The position numbers were made by a program, and so were the translations under genes. Under the pieces are notes generated by a model. It saw only the letters and a program-made list of their open reading frames with translations. It did not search any database and had not been told where the DNA came from. From Octopus bimaculoides (lineage: Eukaryota), in contig NC_068987.1 in NCBI RefSeq assembly GCF_001194135.2, positions 20,940,462 through 20,975,021 of the forward strand: a stretch of DNA of 34,560 nt, given 5' to 3'. Of this stretch, positions 12,039 to 24,869 are shown one piece after another; the first letter of the stretch is position 1; every line of letters starts with the position of its first letter.

Positions 12039-14454
12039 TGTGTGCGTCTTTCTATCTGTTTATCTTTTGGAAGTAGGAGATTGGAAATATAAGACCGTCT
12101 GACAGGCGAATACCTCGCGGTATTTCTTCTTCTACGTTCATAGTTCAAGTCCCGTCGTGACCCGCTAGAGTAGCAGGCTTCGCCTGTCGCCCTCGTGTGC
12201 CTTCCTTCAGTCATATACGTAGACCGCACAAGCCAGATGGGGCTCAGCCGGTCTACTTGAAGGAACAGTCGAATCTTCCTCAAATCACAACCTGCCGGCT
12301 TAAAAAAGAATACGTCGAATAATGTATATCTAGATACATTATATCTAAAATTTTAAAATAAAAAAAAAAAAACAGGATAGTTTTCATTGAAATGTGTTTG
12401 ATTGTAACTCTGCTATGTTAGTTTAACTGAGCCGGGGTTTAAGTCGTATGTAGATCTCTCGTCTTGACCATCCTGAGCGGTAGAACTGGATCCCCATCCA
12501 CATACCTCACACATATTAAGTATTGTTTCTGCGTGTATCACAAAAAGTTTTGGCGCCAGGACGTTGATATTTGTCACCTGAGTGTCATTCGATACTGTGA
12601 TATCTATGTTCATACGGGTATGACTCATCATGGATAACAGTAACATTATGACGAGTTGTTGACTCATATCTATCTGTCTGACTTATATATATGTATATAT
12701 ATATATATATGAATTAATACTTTAGAATTGTCTCCCCTCCAGAATTTTTCCAGAATTATTTATTTACATAATAATTGCTTTCATTACCAAGGATGCAGTT
12801 TCAATTAAGCAAAATGTTTATTAAACACTCTAGTATTGAGTTCTCATGCAGCAAACGTCCACGGTTAATAACCTCAATCATTGCTATCAGTGTATATATC
12901 TGTATCAATTGAACTATGACGTCACAACGTATCCGGTTATAGGTATTAGCATATCTTGTAATCAAGCTAGCTGCGCACTCCTGAAGACGGATGTTTGTAT
13001 ATAGAGAGAGGTAACTGGTATGGAGCCAGGATTTGTGGAAAAGTGTAAGATTAGATATGTTAAATAGTAAGATTATTGTTGATAGATAGATAGATAGATA
13101 GATAAGACAGGTAGATGGATTAGTTCGTTGTTATAATCCCAGGACAGCTATGATCAAAGATGTTCCCTCATTATAGTATCGATCTCCGTAATCTAAGGAT
13201 CTTCTAGGTGTCGTCGTCCCCAGTTCGGTTGCTTATGATGTGAGATTTGGCTATTATTTCTAGCACTCCGGCAGCTTGGAGATGGAGATTTGTTTGGCTC
13301 ATGATACGGTGGTGGTGGTAATTGGAGATGGAGCGATAGGTACATATGTATATTTAATGATAAAAAATATAAGATATAATAAATAAAAGGAAGTGCAGAT
13401 ATTGGGACTGTAAACTATCGGAAATAGATACGGCTGGTAAATCGTTCTTCCTTTCAAAGACTACATCTCTTGCCTCCTCTCTCTTGCACTCTTGTCTTAC
13501 TCTTTCTCTTTTTTTTTTCCCCTTTTTCTTTGTTTCCCTCAATCGCCAAAACGGTTGGTTCTTATTCTGATGACGACACACCACCTCCAGCCATTCCGTC
13601 GGCTTTGAATTGAGGTTGGTTGACTAATTTCCACCCCCACTGTTTGATAGTTTAAATAAGATATTTCCTAAAGCACCCTCGAGACCCCACTACCCGGAAC
13701 ACTCGTATACACACATATACACTCACTTCACATGTATAGATGGAGTACTTTTCCTTAACACTCATACATAAAAATATGTATACTCTCTCACACACACACA
13801 CATACACGTTCTTTATTAACCTGGAGCTGAAGTGACTCGTAAAACGAAAGAAAAGTGTCCAGAATTTATTGAAATAAAATAAGATTTTTTCTCTTCGCTT
13901 TATTACATGTAAATATTTTTTCTACTCCGATCAAACTGGATTAGTGCGAAATTGAGTTGGTCGTATCTCCGCTCTTTGCAACTAAAATATTGTTTATCTA
14001 TACCCAGTTTAATCGAATTTGGAGAAATCGAAATGCAGAAAAAAAAAAAAAGACTATTACTTGTGTGTGGGTGTTCGTGTGTTTAGAAGCCGGCGAAAGG
14101 AAAATTGAAAATAGTGTGCTTTGTCACTTCGTCATGCTTATTTCATCATCACATTGTGCTTATATCATCACAACCACGTCGGATTTAATTTCATCATCAC
14201 TTCCTCTATGGAATCAAGCCTAGCACACACGTACGCATATACCCGTTTATTTGTGTGTGTGTGTGTACATGATATTAAGTGCCATGGACGAAACTCTCAT
14301 CTTTGAGTCGCTTTGTAAATGCTGCCAAAAAAGTGTGTTGTGATCTTGCACTAACGGTTGCGTGGGGTTCTGAAAGGAAGAACACGGAGAATAAGATACA
14401 TGAATCATTCTGTCATTGAAAAAGAAGAAGAAGAAAGCTACCTTTCTTCCTTTC

Positions 14455-14495
<41 letters not shown>

Positions 14496-16349
14496 TACAT
14501 ACCGTCTCTTCTTACTGAATGGAAAACTACTTAAGTGAGCCGGACGAGTTTTCAGTGTGGAAAATTACACCGGTATATTACGCGAATGGATGGCTGTATT
14601 AGCTGAGTGTATATATCGGCTGACTTGTTTTTACATAAATGTGCAAAATATATTTGCGAATGTTGTGTCTCTGTGGATGTGTTGTATGAAGAAATGTGTA
14701 TGTGTCTTACGATTAAAGTTTTTTAAAAAATGTGTGTGTGTACATGGCTATACTTAAGCATAGCTATGTACACACACACAAAGAATGCGTTTACCGGTCT
14801 GCCTACCTACCTACCGACACCTCTTTAATTACAACTGTTACTGCTTAAATTTTTAACTTGTAAAGTGGCAACGGTACCATTTACAAAGACGCTTGTAGGC
14901 GGTAGAAAACTGGGGTCGGGGGTAAGTGCGATTTTTCAAGTTCACCTAGATTAGCAGAGTTGTTAGGGCGTCAGTCAAAATTCTACGGGGAATTTTTATA
15001 TTTGTTTTAGTCTTCTAGCTATTCCCTTTTAGATTCTGAGTTCAACTCTGTCTGCGGATAACTTTGCCTTGCATCCGTTAGGGAATCGATAAAATAATAA
15101 ATACTGGATCGATATAACTGACTTTTCCGCTAATTCTAGATATTGCGTCTATCTTACAATTGCTCTGTCTGGAGTTACGGGACGTGATTGCGCAAGACAT
15201 TACTTAAGTGGTTTGCAATAAATCATCGCTTCGCGGGAATTCTTTCGAACCTGTTAGAAATAGCAGCCAAATCTGCCTCATTCCTATACCCTGTTATCTT
15301 GAAAACGGGATAAACACATTACACGGTGTAGTCCTAGATAAACTCCCCACTCCCCGAAGACTGGATGGTCCCGGCTGGAATGCCTTAAATCATAGGGTCT
15401 GCTCGACCAACGCTGACTTCGCTAAACAACTCAAGATAGAAATATATATATATTATCCTGTAACTGGGTGACAAGGCATAGATATGTCTGTGTTGACTAA
15501 CTTTCAGCTATGTTCAGCTGACCGTGAACGGAAAGCAAAACAAGATAAGCTACACGCGCGTTTGAGTGTCGGTATGTGTGTCTGTATGCTTAGACAGATC
15601 TCTCTCTCTCCCAGATATATAACAGCATGTGGTATATATTAAATAGAAACGATGACCAATAGTGTTACAAAAAAAAAAACCTTTCTCCACTTTCAAAGTA
15701 GTTGTATAGCAAGCTTGACGGGGGGGGCTAAGTGAACAAAAATATATCCCTCATTCATCCCTTCATTGTTCTTAAATGCCCCCTCCTGCGGCAATTTTTT
15801 TTTATAAAAGAAAAAGAAAAAAGAACCCAAAATGGTTAAGCTGGCAGAATCGTTGGCGCGTTCGATAAAGTAAAATAAAACGAGCAAAAGTTAGTGTTTT
15901 CGTAAGTTGATCAATAAATCACTTTGATTTAAAAATCAATAAGTTCATAAGCTCGGTTTCATTTAGATGTTTAGAAATAAAATTTCATTTGCTGGAGGTT
16001 TTTGTCGTTTTCTTTTTCTTATATGGATNNNNNNNNNNNNNNNNNNNNATACTTGCAATTTGAAACCGGTTTCCTATTTCGTGATATGGCCACACGAGAA
16101 AGAGAGAGAAAGAATAAGTTTAAAGCTAATTTTTACACATTTTTATTTATTTTAGTTTTCTTTGAAAAAGAAAATTAAAAAGCGGGTGAAACAATTGTCT
16201 TCCCCACGTGCTCTATGATTGCTTTGACACCTTGTAAAAGAAGACTGTTCTATCTTAAGTTTGTGGTGACGGCTCATCCAAAAGGTAGCTTTTGTGCGTA
16301 ACTTTCATTTTAATTTTATGAAAATGGATATTTTTCAGATGGGCTAGAC

Positions 16350-16386
<37 letters not shown>

Positions 16387-17373
16387 AGATAATATGAGTG
16401 AATGGTTTTAGTTAAATAATAGTGACGTAGATAAAGAGTTAACGTTAGAGAGAATATATATATATAGAAAAAAAACTAGAGCTAAACTAATTGAGGCGCT
16501 TATTACACACGTCCTTACTTACACATTATATGTGTTTGTGTAATCTAGAGTGTAGAACCGTGCGTATATAATTGTATATGAAATACATGAAAAAAAAAAA
16601 CTCTAAAGAGACACAAGAAAAAGAAACAAACAAAACAATAGAAATATATAATTGTGCGTGTGTAATAGCTACGGTTCAGTGAAACTGCTTGAAATATCGA
16701 TAAGATCTATAAAATCTTGTAACTGTGTAAATATGCATACTCGAGTTGACAAGAGTTACTAGGTGGTCGTTTTCCGAGCCAGAAATAGCAGTCGCGTCTT
16801 CTTTGAATATGATGTCCTCTTACCTTTAAAAAGAAAAGGTTAAGAAACAACACATTCGATGTTGTAGTCCTAGATGCATTTATCTAAATATGAAACGGGT
16901 TGATAACGGCCGGAAAAAGTTCTGATACTGCTAAACTAGAGTCAGCAGGAACTGTTGTTTAAGCCTCGGGATATGGAGCTTTGTTGAAGTGCGCTCCAGT
17001 CATGGCCATTCCGTCGTATCTATTACCTCAGGTTATATTATTTGATGTTTCGTTTAGGGTTGCTAGTTTTAGCCAGTCATGAATATTAATATTACATGTT
17101 TATGTACTGGGATTTAACGTCTGGTATGTGTGTAGGTGTTTATTATAGAAGATAAGACTGTTGTAAGGGGCGGTGCAGTGCCGTCACCCTTTCATCGTTT
17201 GCAGGTTTGAAACAGCCTCCAGTGAGAAGATAGAACTGCATGTATAATTCATGTCTATTCATTGTGCGCGAACGAATATATATATATAGTAGTTGTTGTT
17301 AAGAAGGGCATCCAGTCGTAGAAGCCGCGCTGTAAAATGGAACTATACATGTATGTATGAACACATATAATAC

Positions 17374-17406
<33 letters not shown>

Positions 17407-20058
17407 TTTATAAATATATATATGTGTGTATAAGCTTTTATTTGTGCATACAGACATACTGACATACATTAAGCACGCATATTGTGTAAAGCAATTTTCA
17501 ACTAGTTGGCTCCAGCACGGAAGCAAAGCAGTAGCTAAGTGTTTGTGCGTGTTATGAATTGTCCCATTGTTTATTTTTAAAAGACTGACACCAACCACAC
17601 GGCAGTTACACACACACACACACACACACTCACGTACATACAATACACTCGAGTGCCTGCTTGATCCAAGGACTAGCTGGACGGAGCCTTACGCAACAGC
17701 TATTACTGTTACGGCTGACTTATTAGGAGTTACATCCATTTGAGGGTTTGATCCTGCGGTGGTGTGTTCGNNNNNNNNNNNNNNNNNNNNNNNNNNNNNN
17801 NNNNNNNNNNNNNNNNNNNNNNNNNNNNNNNNNNNNNNNNNNNNNNNNNNNNNNNNNNNNNNNNNNNNNNNNNNNNNNNNNNNNNNNNNNNNNNNNNNNN
17901 NNNNNNNNNNNNNNNNNNNNNNNNNNNNNNNNNNNNNNNNNNNNNNNNNNNNNNNNNNNNNNNNNNNNNNNNNNNNNNNNNNNNNNNNNNNNNNNNNNNN
18001 NNNNNNNNNNNNNNNNNNNNNNNNNNNNNNNNNNNNNNNNNNNNNNNNNNNNNNNNNNNNNNNNNNNNNNNNNNNNNNNNNNNNNNNNNNNNNNNNNNNN
18101 NNNNNNNNNNNNNNNNNNNNNNNNNNNNNNNNNNNNNNNNNNNNNNNNNNNNNNNNNNNNNNNNNNNNNNNNNNNNNNNNNNNNNNNNNNNNNNNNNNNN
18201 NNNNNNNNNNNNNNNNNNNNNNNNNNNNNNNNNNNNNNNNNNNNNNNNNNNNNNNNNNNNNNNNNNNNNNNNNNNNNNNNNNNNNNNNNNNNNNNNNNNN
18301 NNNNNNNNNNNNNNNNNNNNNNNNNNNNNNNNNNNNNNNNNNNNNNNNNNNNNNNNNNNNNNNNNNNNNNNNNNNNNNNNNNNNNNNNNNNNNNNNNNNN
18401 NNNNNNNNNNNNNNNNNNNNNNNNNNNNNNNNNNNNNNNNNNNNNNNNNNNNNNNNNNNNNNNNNNNNNNNNNNNNNNNNNNNNNNNNNNNNNNNNNNNN
18501 NNNNNNNNNNNNNNNNNNNNNNNNNNNNNNNNNNNNNNNNNNNNNNNNNNNNNNNNNNNNNNNNNNNNNNNNNNNNNNNNNNNNNNNNNNNNNNNNNNNN
18601 ATTTTCTCTCGTGTGTGTAGCTTTGAGGAAAAAAACTACTTGATTTCCAATCCTGAATGTCAAGAAATTATCTCAGCTTCGCTTTTAGGGAATCGCTATC
18701 AATTAATATTGTTTTTTTTTGGGGGGGGGGTCTCCTCCAACTAAGAGGCAAACTTCAAGTAACGAAGGAATTTTTTTGTTTTTTTTTTGTACGCGTTATT
18801 CGTCACTGGCGCACCGGTTGTCGGCATACCTTATCTGTGTTGTCTCCATTAAGACCATTGACCCGTTTGGGTGAATTTTTTTCCCTTTAACTCCATTAAA
18901 GTACCTACTTATAATATATATATATACATACATATGTGGCACCAACACATTTTTTTTAAACATCGCTGTCGCCTTTTCTCCCACATTTTATTCCTAATAT
19001 TTAAATGACTGAGCACACACACACAGGCGCGCGCCTTTTTCCACTCTAAAATTACATACATACATACATTGCGTGTCTCTCTCACACATACACACACACA
19101 CGTGTGTTTGTTGTTCAGTTCACGTGAACCAACGTTTGAATTATACATACATTGCATGCATACATATTACTTACCCACGCAACTATTATACATATTATAC
19201 ATACCCGACTTCAACTACATTTGTACACACCTAGAAATGATTTTTTTTTTCTTTTTTCTTATCTGGAGAATAATAAGTAGGAACATGTGGGTGTGTATGT
19301 ATGTTATAGTGTGTGTCTAGTTACATAAAACACACCTTTTTCTCTCGTCAAGGAGCGGTGGGTTTCAAAAAGAATAACCGTTTCCGGATTTGTCACACAC
19401 ATACATACACACGTACGAGGTCTATGCACACACGCATGCGTGAGTGTGTGTGTGTGTGTGTGTGTGCGTATAAATAACCCTTTACCAAACTATAACTTTT
19501 TATGTCTTACAGTAACTTCAAATACACACACTAATTGCTCAACTCGCCGGCCGACCTCTTCCAGAGCGCCTCTCTTTCTCTCTCTCTCTCTCTCTCACGC
19601 ACACACATTGAAATCAGATGATAAACCCTGTACGTGGTTATTCAGGCTATTAGAAATAGCAGTCAGGTTTCTATCTTCATTTAATAGGAACATGAAAACA
19701 TTTGAGAAGGGAAAGCTGAATTCTGTGTTCAAATCCTTTNNNNNNNNNNNNNNNNNNNNNNNNNNNNNNNNNNNNNNNNNNNNNNNNNNNNNNNNNNNNN
19801 NNNNNNNNNNNNNNNNNNNNNNNNNNNNNNNNNNNNNNNNNNNNNNNNNNNNNNNNNNNNNNNNNNNNNNNNNNNNNNNNNNNNNNNNNNNNNNNNNNNN
19901 NNNNNNNNNNNNNNNNNNNNNNNNNNNNNNNNNNNNNNNNNNNNNNNNNNNNNNNNNNNNNNNNNNNNNNNNNNNNNNNNNNNNNNNNNNNNNNNNNNNN
20001 NNNNNNNNNNNNNNNNNNNNNNNNNNNNNNNNNNNNNNNNNNNTTTTTGTTATTGCAG

Positions 20059-21310
20059 GTGGAACCGGATTTAGAACAATACTTGGTGTCACCAACACAG
20101 AGCTCACCAGCCTTCAGGAAGCGCCAACGTCGTGACAGCGCATCAGTAGTGGGTGAATTCTTCAACGATGATGGTGAACTGAAAGGTGGCCTCTTATACA
20201 GTAACTCGAACAACCTTCGTATCGGTTTAATGAACTGTAACAGCGTTTATAATAACATGGCCAACCAGAATGGCGTAGAGCTTCACCGTGGTAACAGGTT
20301 AATGGTGATGAATTCAGTCAATATGAACGGTTTTAAGACCCAGTTGGTGCATCAGGCTATTACCAACAATGGTGGTAGCAATATGGGCAGCAACGGTCAC
20401 TTGCCGTCAATAGAGGACGGTCGTAAAGAGCTGGACTGGGACGAGTACTCATCAAATATCAAATTGGAACCAGATAACTTTGACATCGATTCTATAGGGG
20501 GTATGACCAATGTTGATTACATAAATTCGATTGACCAGCAAGACCTGGATTTGAACCAGGAGAACTGCAAGGCCTTGTGGGACGACATACGTCTGGGAAT
20601 GCACATGGTCACTTCTCAGGACACTTCTCAGGACACTATGGCCGGATTAACTAATCGTATCAAGAGTGAACCTATTGATACTGAGTGGGACAAGCCCGCC
20701 TGTCAGTACACCTCATCGATTTTGCTCAACAATACCGGTAACAACCAGAACAACATTATTAACAATAACAGTAATAGCAACCTTGGCAACAATGGTGTTA
20801 ACATGCTTACTGCTTGTAAATTTGAGCCGGTTCGGACAGCATGTGCTATAGAATCGAAGCCGAACATAAATGAGGCCGGCGGGCATCACCGGACTAAAGT
20901 GGGTAAACTTCAATCATCTCTTATGTCGATGGGCTACGCCACACAACTTCCTGCTCATCCCCACCACCAGAATCTCACCTTCTTGTCCTCACCAAATTCC
21001 TCTTCATCACCTTCCTCATCAGCTCTATCCAACTCCTCCTCTTCCTCATCGACGGGTGGCCCCCTGTTTCCGACCCCACCCAATTCACTGCCCGCCAGCC
21101 CCGTCCAGGAAGGCTCATTCCGACGCACACCACCGCCGCCGTATCCAGGCAACCCGCGTCACTTTATGAACTCCGTACTGTCAGTTCCCCCTGTGAGGAC
21201 AGTAAACAAAAAACAACCGGTGACACATCCTGGATGCTCAACCATAAAGTACAACAGAAAAAACAACCCTGAGTTGGAGAAAAGACGAGTTCATTTCTGT
21301 GATTTTCAAA
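20059..21310 (+). CDS. KLF5: KLF5-like Kruppel-like factor, large coding exon 2 (transactivation region to start of zinc finger 1)
   Basis: Acceptor ttattgcag|GTG (phase 0) and donor CAAA|gtaagt (phase 1) bound an open frame (ORF 20047-21330). The peptide has DLEQYL..RRDSASVVGEFF (vertebrate KLF5, recalled: EMEKYL..RRDSASVVDQFF) and KYNRKNNPELEKRRVHFCDF (KLF5, recalled: RYNRRSNPDLEKRRIHYCDY). Confidence 0.95.
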
Positions 21311-21721
21311 GTAAGTATCTCATATCTTAATACTCTAATATCCATGGTATATGAGCAAATCTGTGTGTGAGAATGGTTTACAAGCTATGCCGAGCTAATG
21401 GCTATGAACAGTAACATTTATTGACATTTTTTCCTTAACAAATAATCTGCTAGCTCTACACTTTCAAATACCTCCAGAATAAAATATCTACCTGTCTGGT
21501 GGAGCAGGAGGACACCTAGTTTATCACAGTCTAATTATTCGACTGATATATATGTTGGTGTCACAAGCACAAGCAGTTACTATGTAATATTTTATTCTCT
21601 GATGTAAAAATTGCAGTATTTAATTAGAAGAATGTGATTTGAGTGAGATTATGTTGTTATTTCCAGCAAGTGTCTCAATCACCTACAGGTGTATTGATAT
21701 TAATTATTATTAAGGTGACAA

Positions 21722-21920
21722 ACTGGTAGAATTGTTTGCACTCTGGACAAAATGCTGTGGGGCATTTCTGGCTTTGCATTCTGGCTTCAAATTCCACCAA
21801 GGCTGACTTTTGCCTTTCATCCTTTCAGGGTTGATAAAATAAATAAGTACCAGTTGAACACTGGAGCTGATGTAATCGACCCCCACCCCCACTTCGAAAT
21901 TACTGTCTTTTTTTTCAAGA
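21722..21920 (+). mobile_element. SINE family B in KLF intron 2
   Basis: ggcagaa-like head, ttcaaattcc B-box, gcctttcatcctttcaggggttgataaa core. Confidence 0.8.
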
Positions 21921-22016
21921 TTTAAAACCATTATTATTATTATTATTATAATGATGTTTGTTGCATTTCTTAGTTATAACTTATCTAATAACTATCTCTC
22001 TCTCTCTCTCTTTCAG

Positions 22017-22076
22017 ATTGCCGTAAAGCGTACACGAAAAGCTCTCACCTGAAGGCTCATCAGCGAATCCATACAG
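22017..22076 (+). CDS. KLF5: KLF5-like exon 3 (60 nt, zinc finger 1: NCRKAYTKSSHLKAHQRIHTG)
   Basis: ctctttcag|AT ... ACAG|gtatgt. Phase 1 at both ends, matching the neighbouring exons; canonical KLF finger-1 sequence. Confidence 0.97.
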
Positions 22077-22965
22077 GTATGTATTGATTTATTATTATTA
22101 TTATTCATAGTGAAATGGCCAGGGGATAACATAGATAGCTTGACATAAAGACTAGCCATATATATATATATATATATATATATACATGTGTGTATGTATG
22201 TATGCACACGTATGTATATATAACAACTCTCATTTTAGTTTAAATTCAACTTGGAATGAATAGTTGTTTGGCAAGTTACCATGTACAATTGTGTAGTGTC
22301 TTGTTATGAAAATGTATCTGTGACACTAGCTGCAATAGTAAAACTGACAAACTGGTATATCTACTGAGTTACAATACATTTAAAAAACAAAAAGAAAGCA
22401 AATTTATTTTTGTATAAATATATATACCATAGCAAATGTTAAATAGGATTACATAACATTTCTCTGAGATAGAGTGACAAGAGGAAAATACTGAAATACT
22501 GCTACCACCTGTTAAAAGTAGCAGCCAAAATCTTTCAGTCCTTACTCTACTCTCTTAAAAAAACGAGTGGGGCTAGAGAAAGATACATTGGATGGTGTGG
22601 GTTTATATTGTGTGTGGAGTAAAAGTGGGACGATTATGGCTGGAACATTTTTGATCATAGATCTGTCTACGTCTTGAAGACTACTCTGCCATGCTTCATT
22701 TGGGATTAAAAGGGTTAAACCTGCTCAGCTAAAATTCTAACCTTGTTCTTATATGGATTTATTATTACTGGGTTAATTGGGCTTTTGCTGCCCTTTTTCC
22801 CCCACTAGGGTCCCGCTGAGAATAATTCTGTTTGATTAAAATACAGATTAGAGTTGGGTAGGGTTATGAATTTTCGTATTTGCCATTTTCTGATTTTATT
22901 AAATTTCTCTCTCGTTAAAACTGATTGAATTTTTACTTATACCTCGTTTCCTTCTTTACTTTCAG

Positions 22966-23153
22966 GAGAAAAACCTTATCTTTGTACGTTTCCTTCCTGC
23001 CAGTGGCGCTTTGCTCGCTCCGACGAACTCACCAGGCACATACGAAAACACACCGGTGCCAAGCCATTCAAGTGCAAAGTCTGTGAGCGATGCTTTGCAC
23101 GTTCTGATCACTTGGCGCTGCACATGAAACGCCATGAACCCAAGAACAAATGA
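22966..23153 (+). CDS. KLF5: KLF5-like terminal coding exon (fingers 2 and 3: [62 protein letters not shown])
   Basis: tttactttcag|GA acceptor; KLF signatures [14 protein letters not shown] and [12 protein letters not shown]; TGA at 23151-23153. Confidence 0.97.
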
Positions 23154-24060
23154 ACCGAAGGTTTAGAATTTTGTTCTACCATGCACACCGTGAAGGATTT
23201 CGGAGACGACAATAGTAACAGAAGCGGGGCATGGCTGAAAACACGCTCTTTCCTCGCCTCTTCTTGTGTTCGTCACCCTTGTGAAACGGGCCAGGCATGT
23301 GGTAGTTTGCTTGCACAGGACAGGGTCCTTCAAACCCTTCGAAGAGTGGGGCTAGATGAAACCCACTGTCTTGATGCACCAATTGCTGTGCCGCGAAACC
23401 TCTGGTGCTGACATGAGCTTTGTGATTGGAGTGTGAAAGATTTATTATTTTCCCCTCAATTTTTGCAACTAATTTTTTTTTTTTTTAACTATTAAAAAAA
23501 AAATACATTTTTACACACACCATAAAAAAAAAAAAAGAACAATGAAAGTTGGAAAATTTTTAAAGAAATAAAACTTTATACAGAAATATATTGTACTGTG
23601 GAGTATTAATGGCTAGAAAAACCACTTTTTTTTCTCTCTTTTTAAATTTAAAAAAAAAAATTTTTTTTTTTTTTTTTACAACGTATAGCCCATCTCCACC
23701 CCCAGAAAAAAAAAACTCACCATCACCACCTCACTGTTATATTTCTTAAACTCAGACCTCTCCTCAAATATACATTTAGAGGCTTACACTCATACATACA
23801 CACATTACATAATTACATAGAAAACCCCATAGTGTGTTGGATTCATCAATTCACCAAAAACAGACTATGAATTATATATTGTTTTACAAATTCTTTTATT
23901 AACGACCAAACACACTAATTTCTCAAAGACATTCAGTAATGTGTTATTTGTTCATATTGATCATCATAATAATAATGATAATAATAATTATTATTATTAC
24001 AATTATATACTGTCAATTTAACATTTAAAAAAATAATAATAATAAAAGTGGACAACTGTC
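23154..24060 (+). other. Probable KLF 3' UTR with poly(A) signals
   Basis: A/U-rich with long homopolymers after about 23440; AATAAA at 23567-23572 and 24041-24046, the second followed by T-rich sequence. Confidence 0.55.
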
Positions 24061-24224
24061 TTTATTTTATATATACATATATCTTTTGTTGTTATTTTTG
24101 CTTTGTTACATTATATCTTATTTTGTTAATCATGTGTATATACAATATATATGTATGTATATGATATATATTCACAATATATGTTTGCATATATATGTTT
24201 GCTTATGTGTATATATTTTAACCA

Positions 24225-24626
24225 ATAGGCATAGGAGTGGCTGTGTGGTAAATCGCTTGCTTACGAACCACACTGTTCCAGGTTCAGTCCCACTGCGTGG
24301 CACCTTAGGCAAGTGTCTTCTACTATAACCTTGGGCCGACCAAAGCCTTGTGAGTGGATTTGGTAGGCGGAAACTGAAAGAAGCCCGTCGTATATATGTA
24401 TGTATGTGTATATGTTTGTGTGTCTGTGTTTGTCCCTCCAACATTGCTTGACAACTGATGCTGGTGTGTTTATGTCCCTGTAACTTAGTGGTTCAGCAAA
24501 AGAGGCCAATAGAATAAGTACTGGGCTTACAAACAATAAATTCTGGGATCGATTTGGTCAACTAAAGGTGGTGCTCCAGCATGGCCACAGTCAAATGACT
24601 GAAACAAGTAAAAGAGTAAAAGAATA
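24225..24626 (+). mobile_element. SINE family A, full length
   Basis: ataggcataggagtggctgtgtggtaa ... gtcaaatgactgaaacaagtaaaagagtaaaag. Confidence 0.9.
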
Positions 24627-24869
24627 ATACAACACGACAATATATACATACATATATGTATATATATTGTCTATATTATATATGTATGAATATGTGTACA
24701 TATTTTAGTTAATAATGCAACACACATCATTTATATATTTACTATGTATTCATATAATAATTATGCATATAACATATTGTATATAGTTTGACTGATAGTT
24801 TTTTTTTTGGTGGGAAGGTGGTGTTGCATTTGTGTTATTCTTTTATTGTGCATAGATTTCAAAAGCATT

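Noticed and set aside
12413-12667. 84-aa minus-strand ORF in intron 1
   Set aside because: No recognisable domain or supporting splice context.
12978-13000. CCTGAAGACGGATG, resembling a hammerhead 5' core
   Set aside because: No partner stem II strand or GAAA follows.
20666-21169. Alternative-frame and antisense ORFs inside exon 2 (20666-20851, 20713-20913, 20870-21169, 20955-21152)
   Set aside because: These are shadows of the KLF coding sequence with no independent homology.
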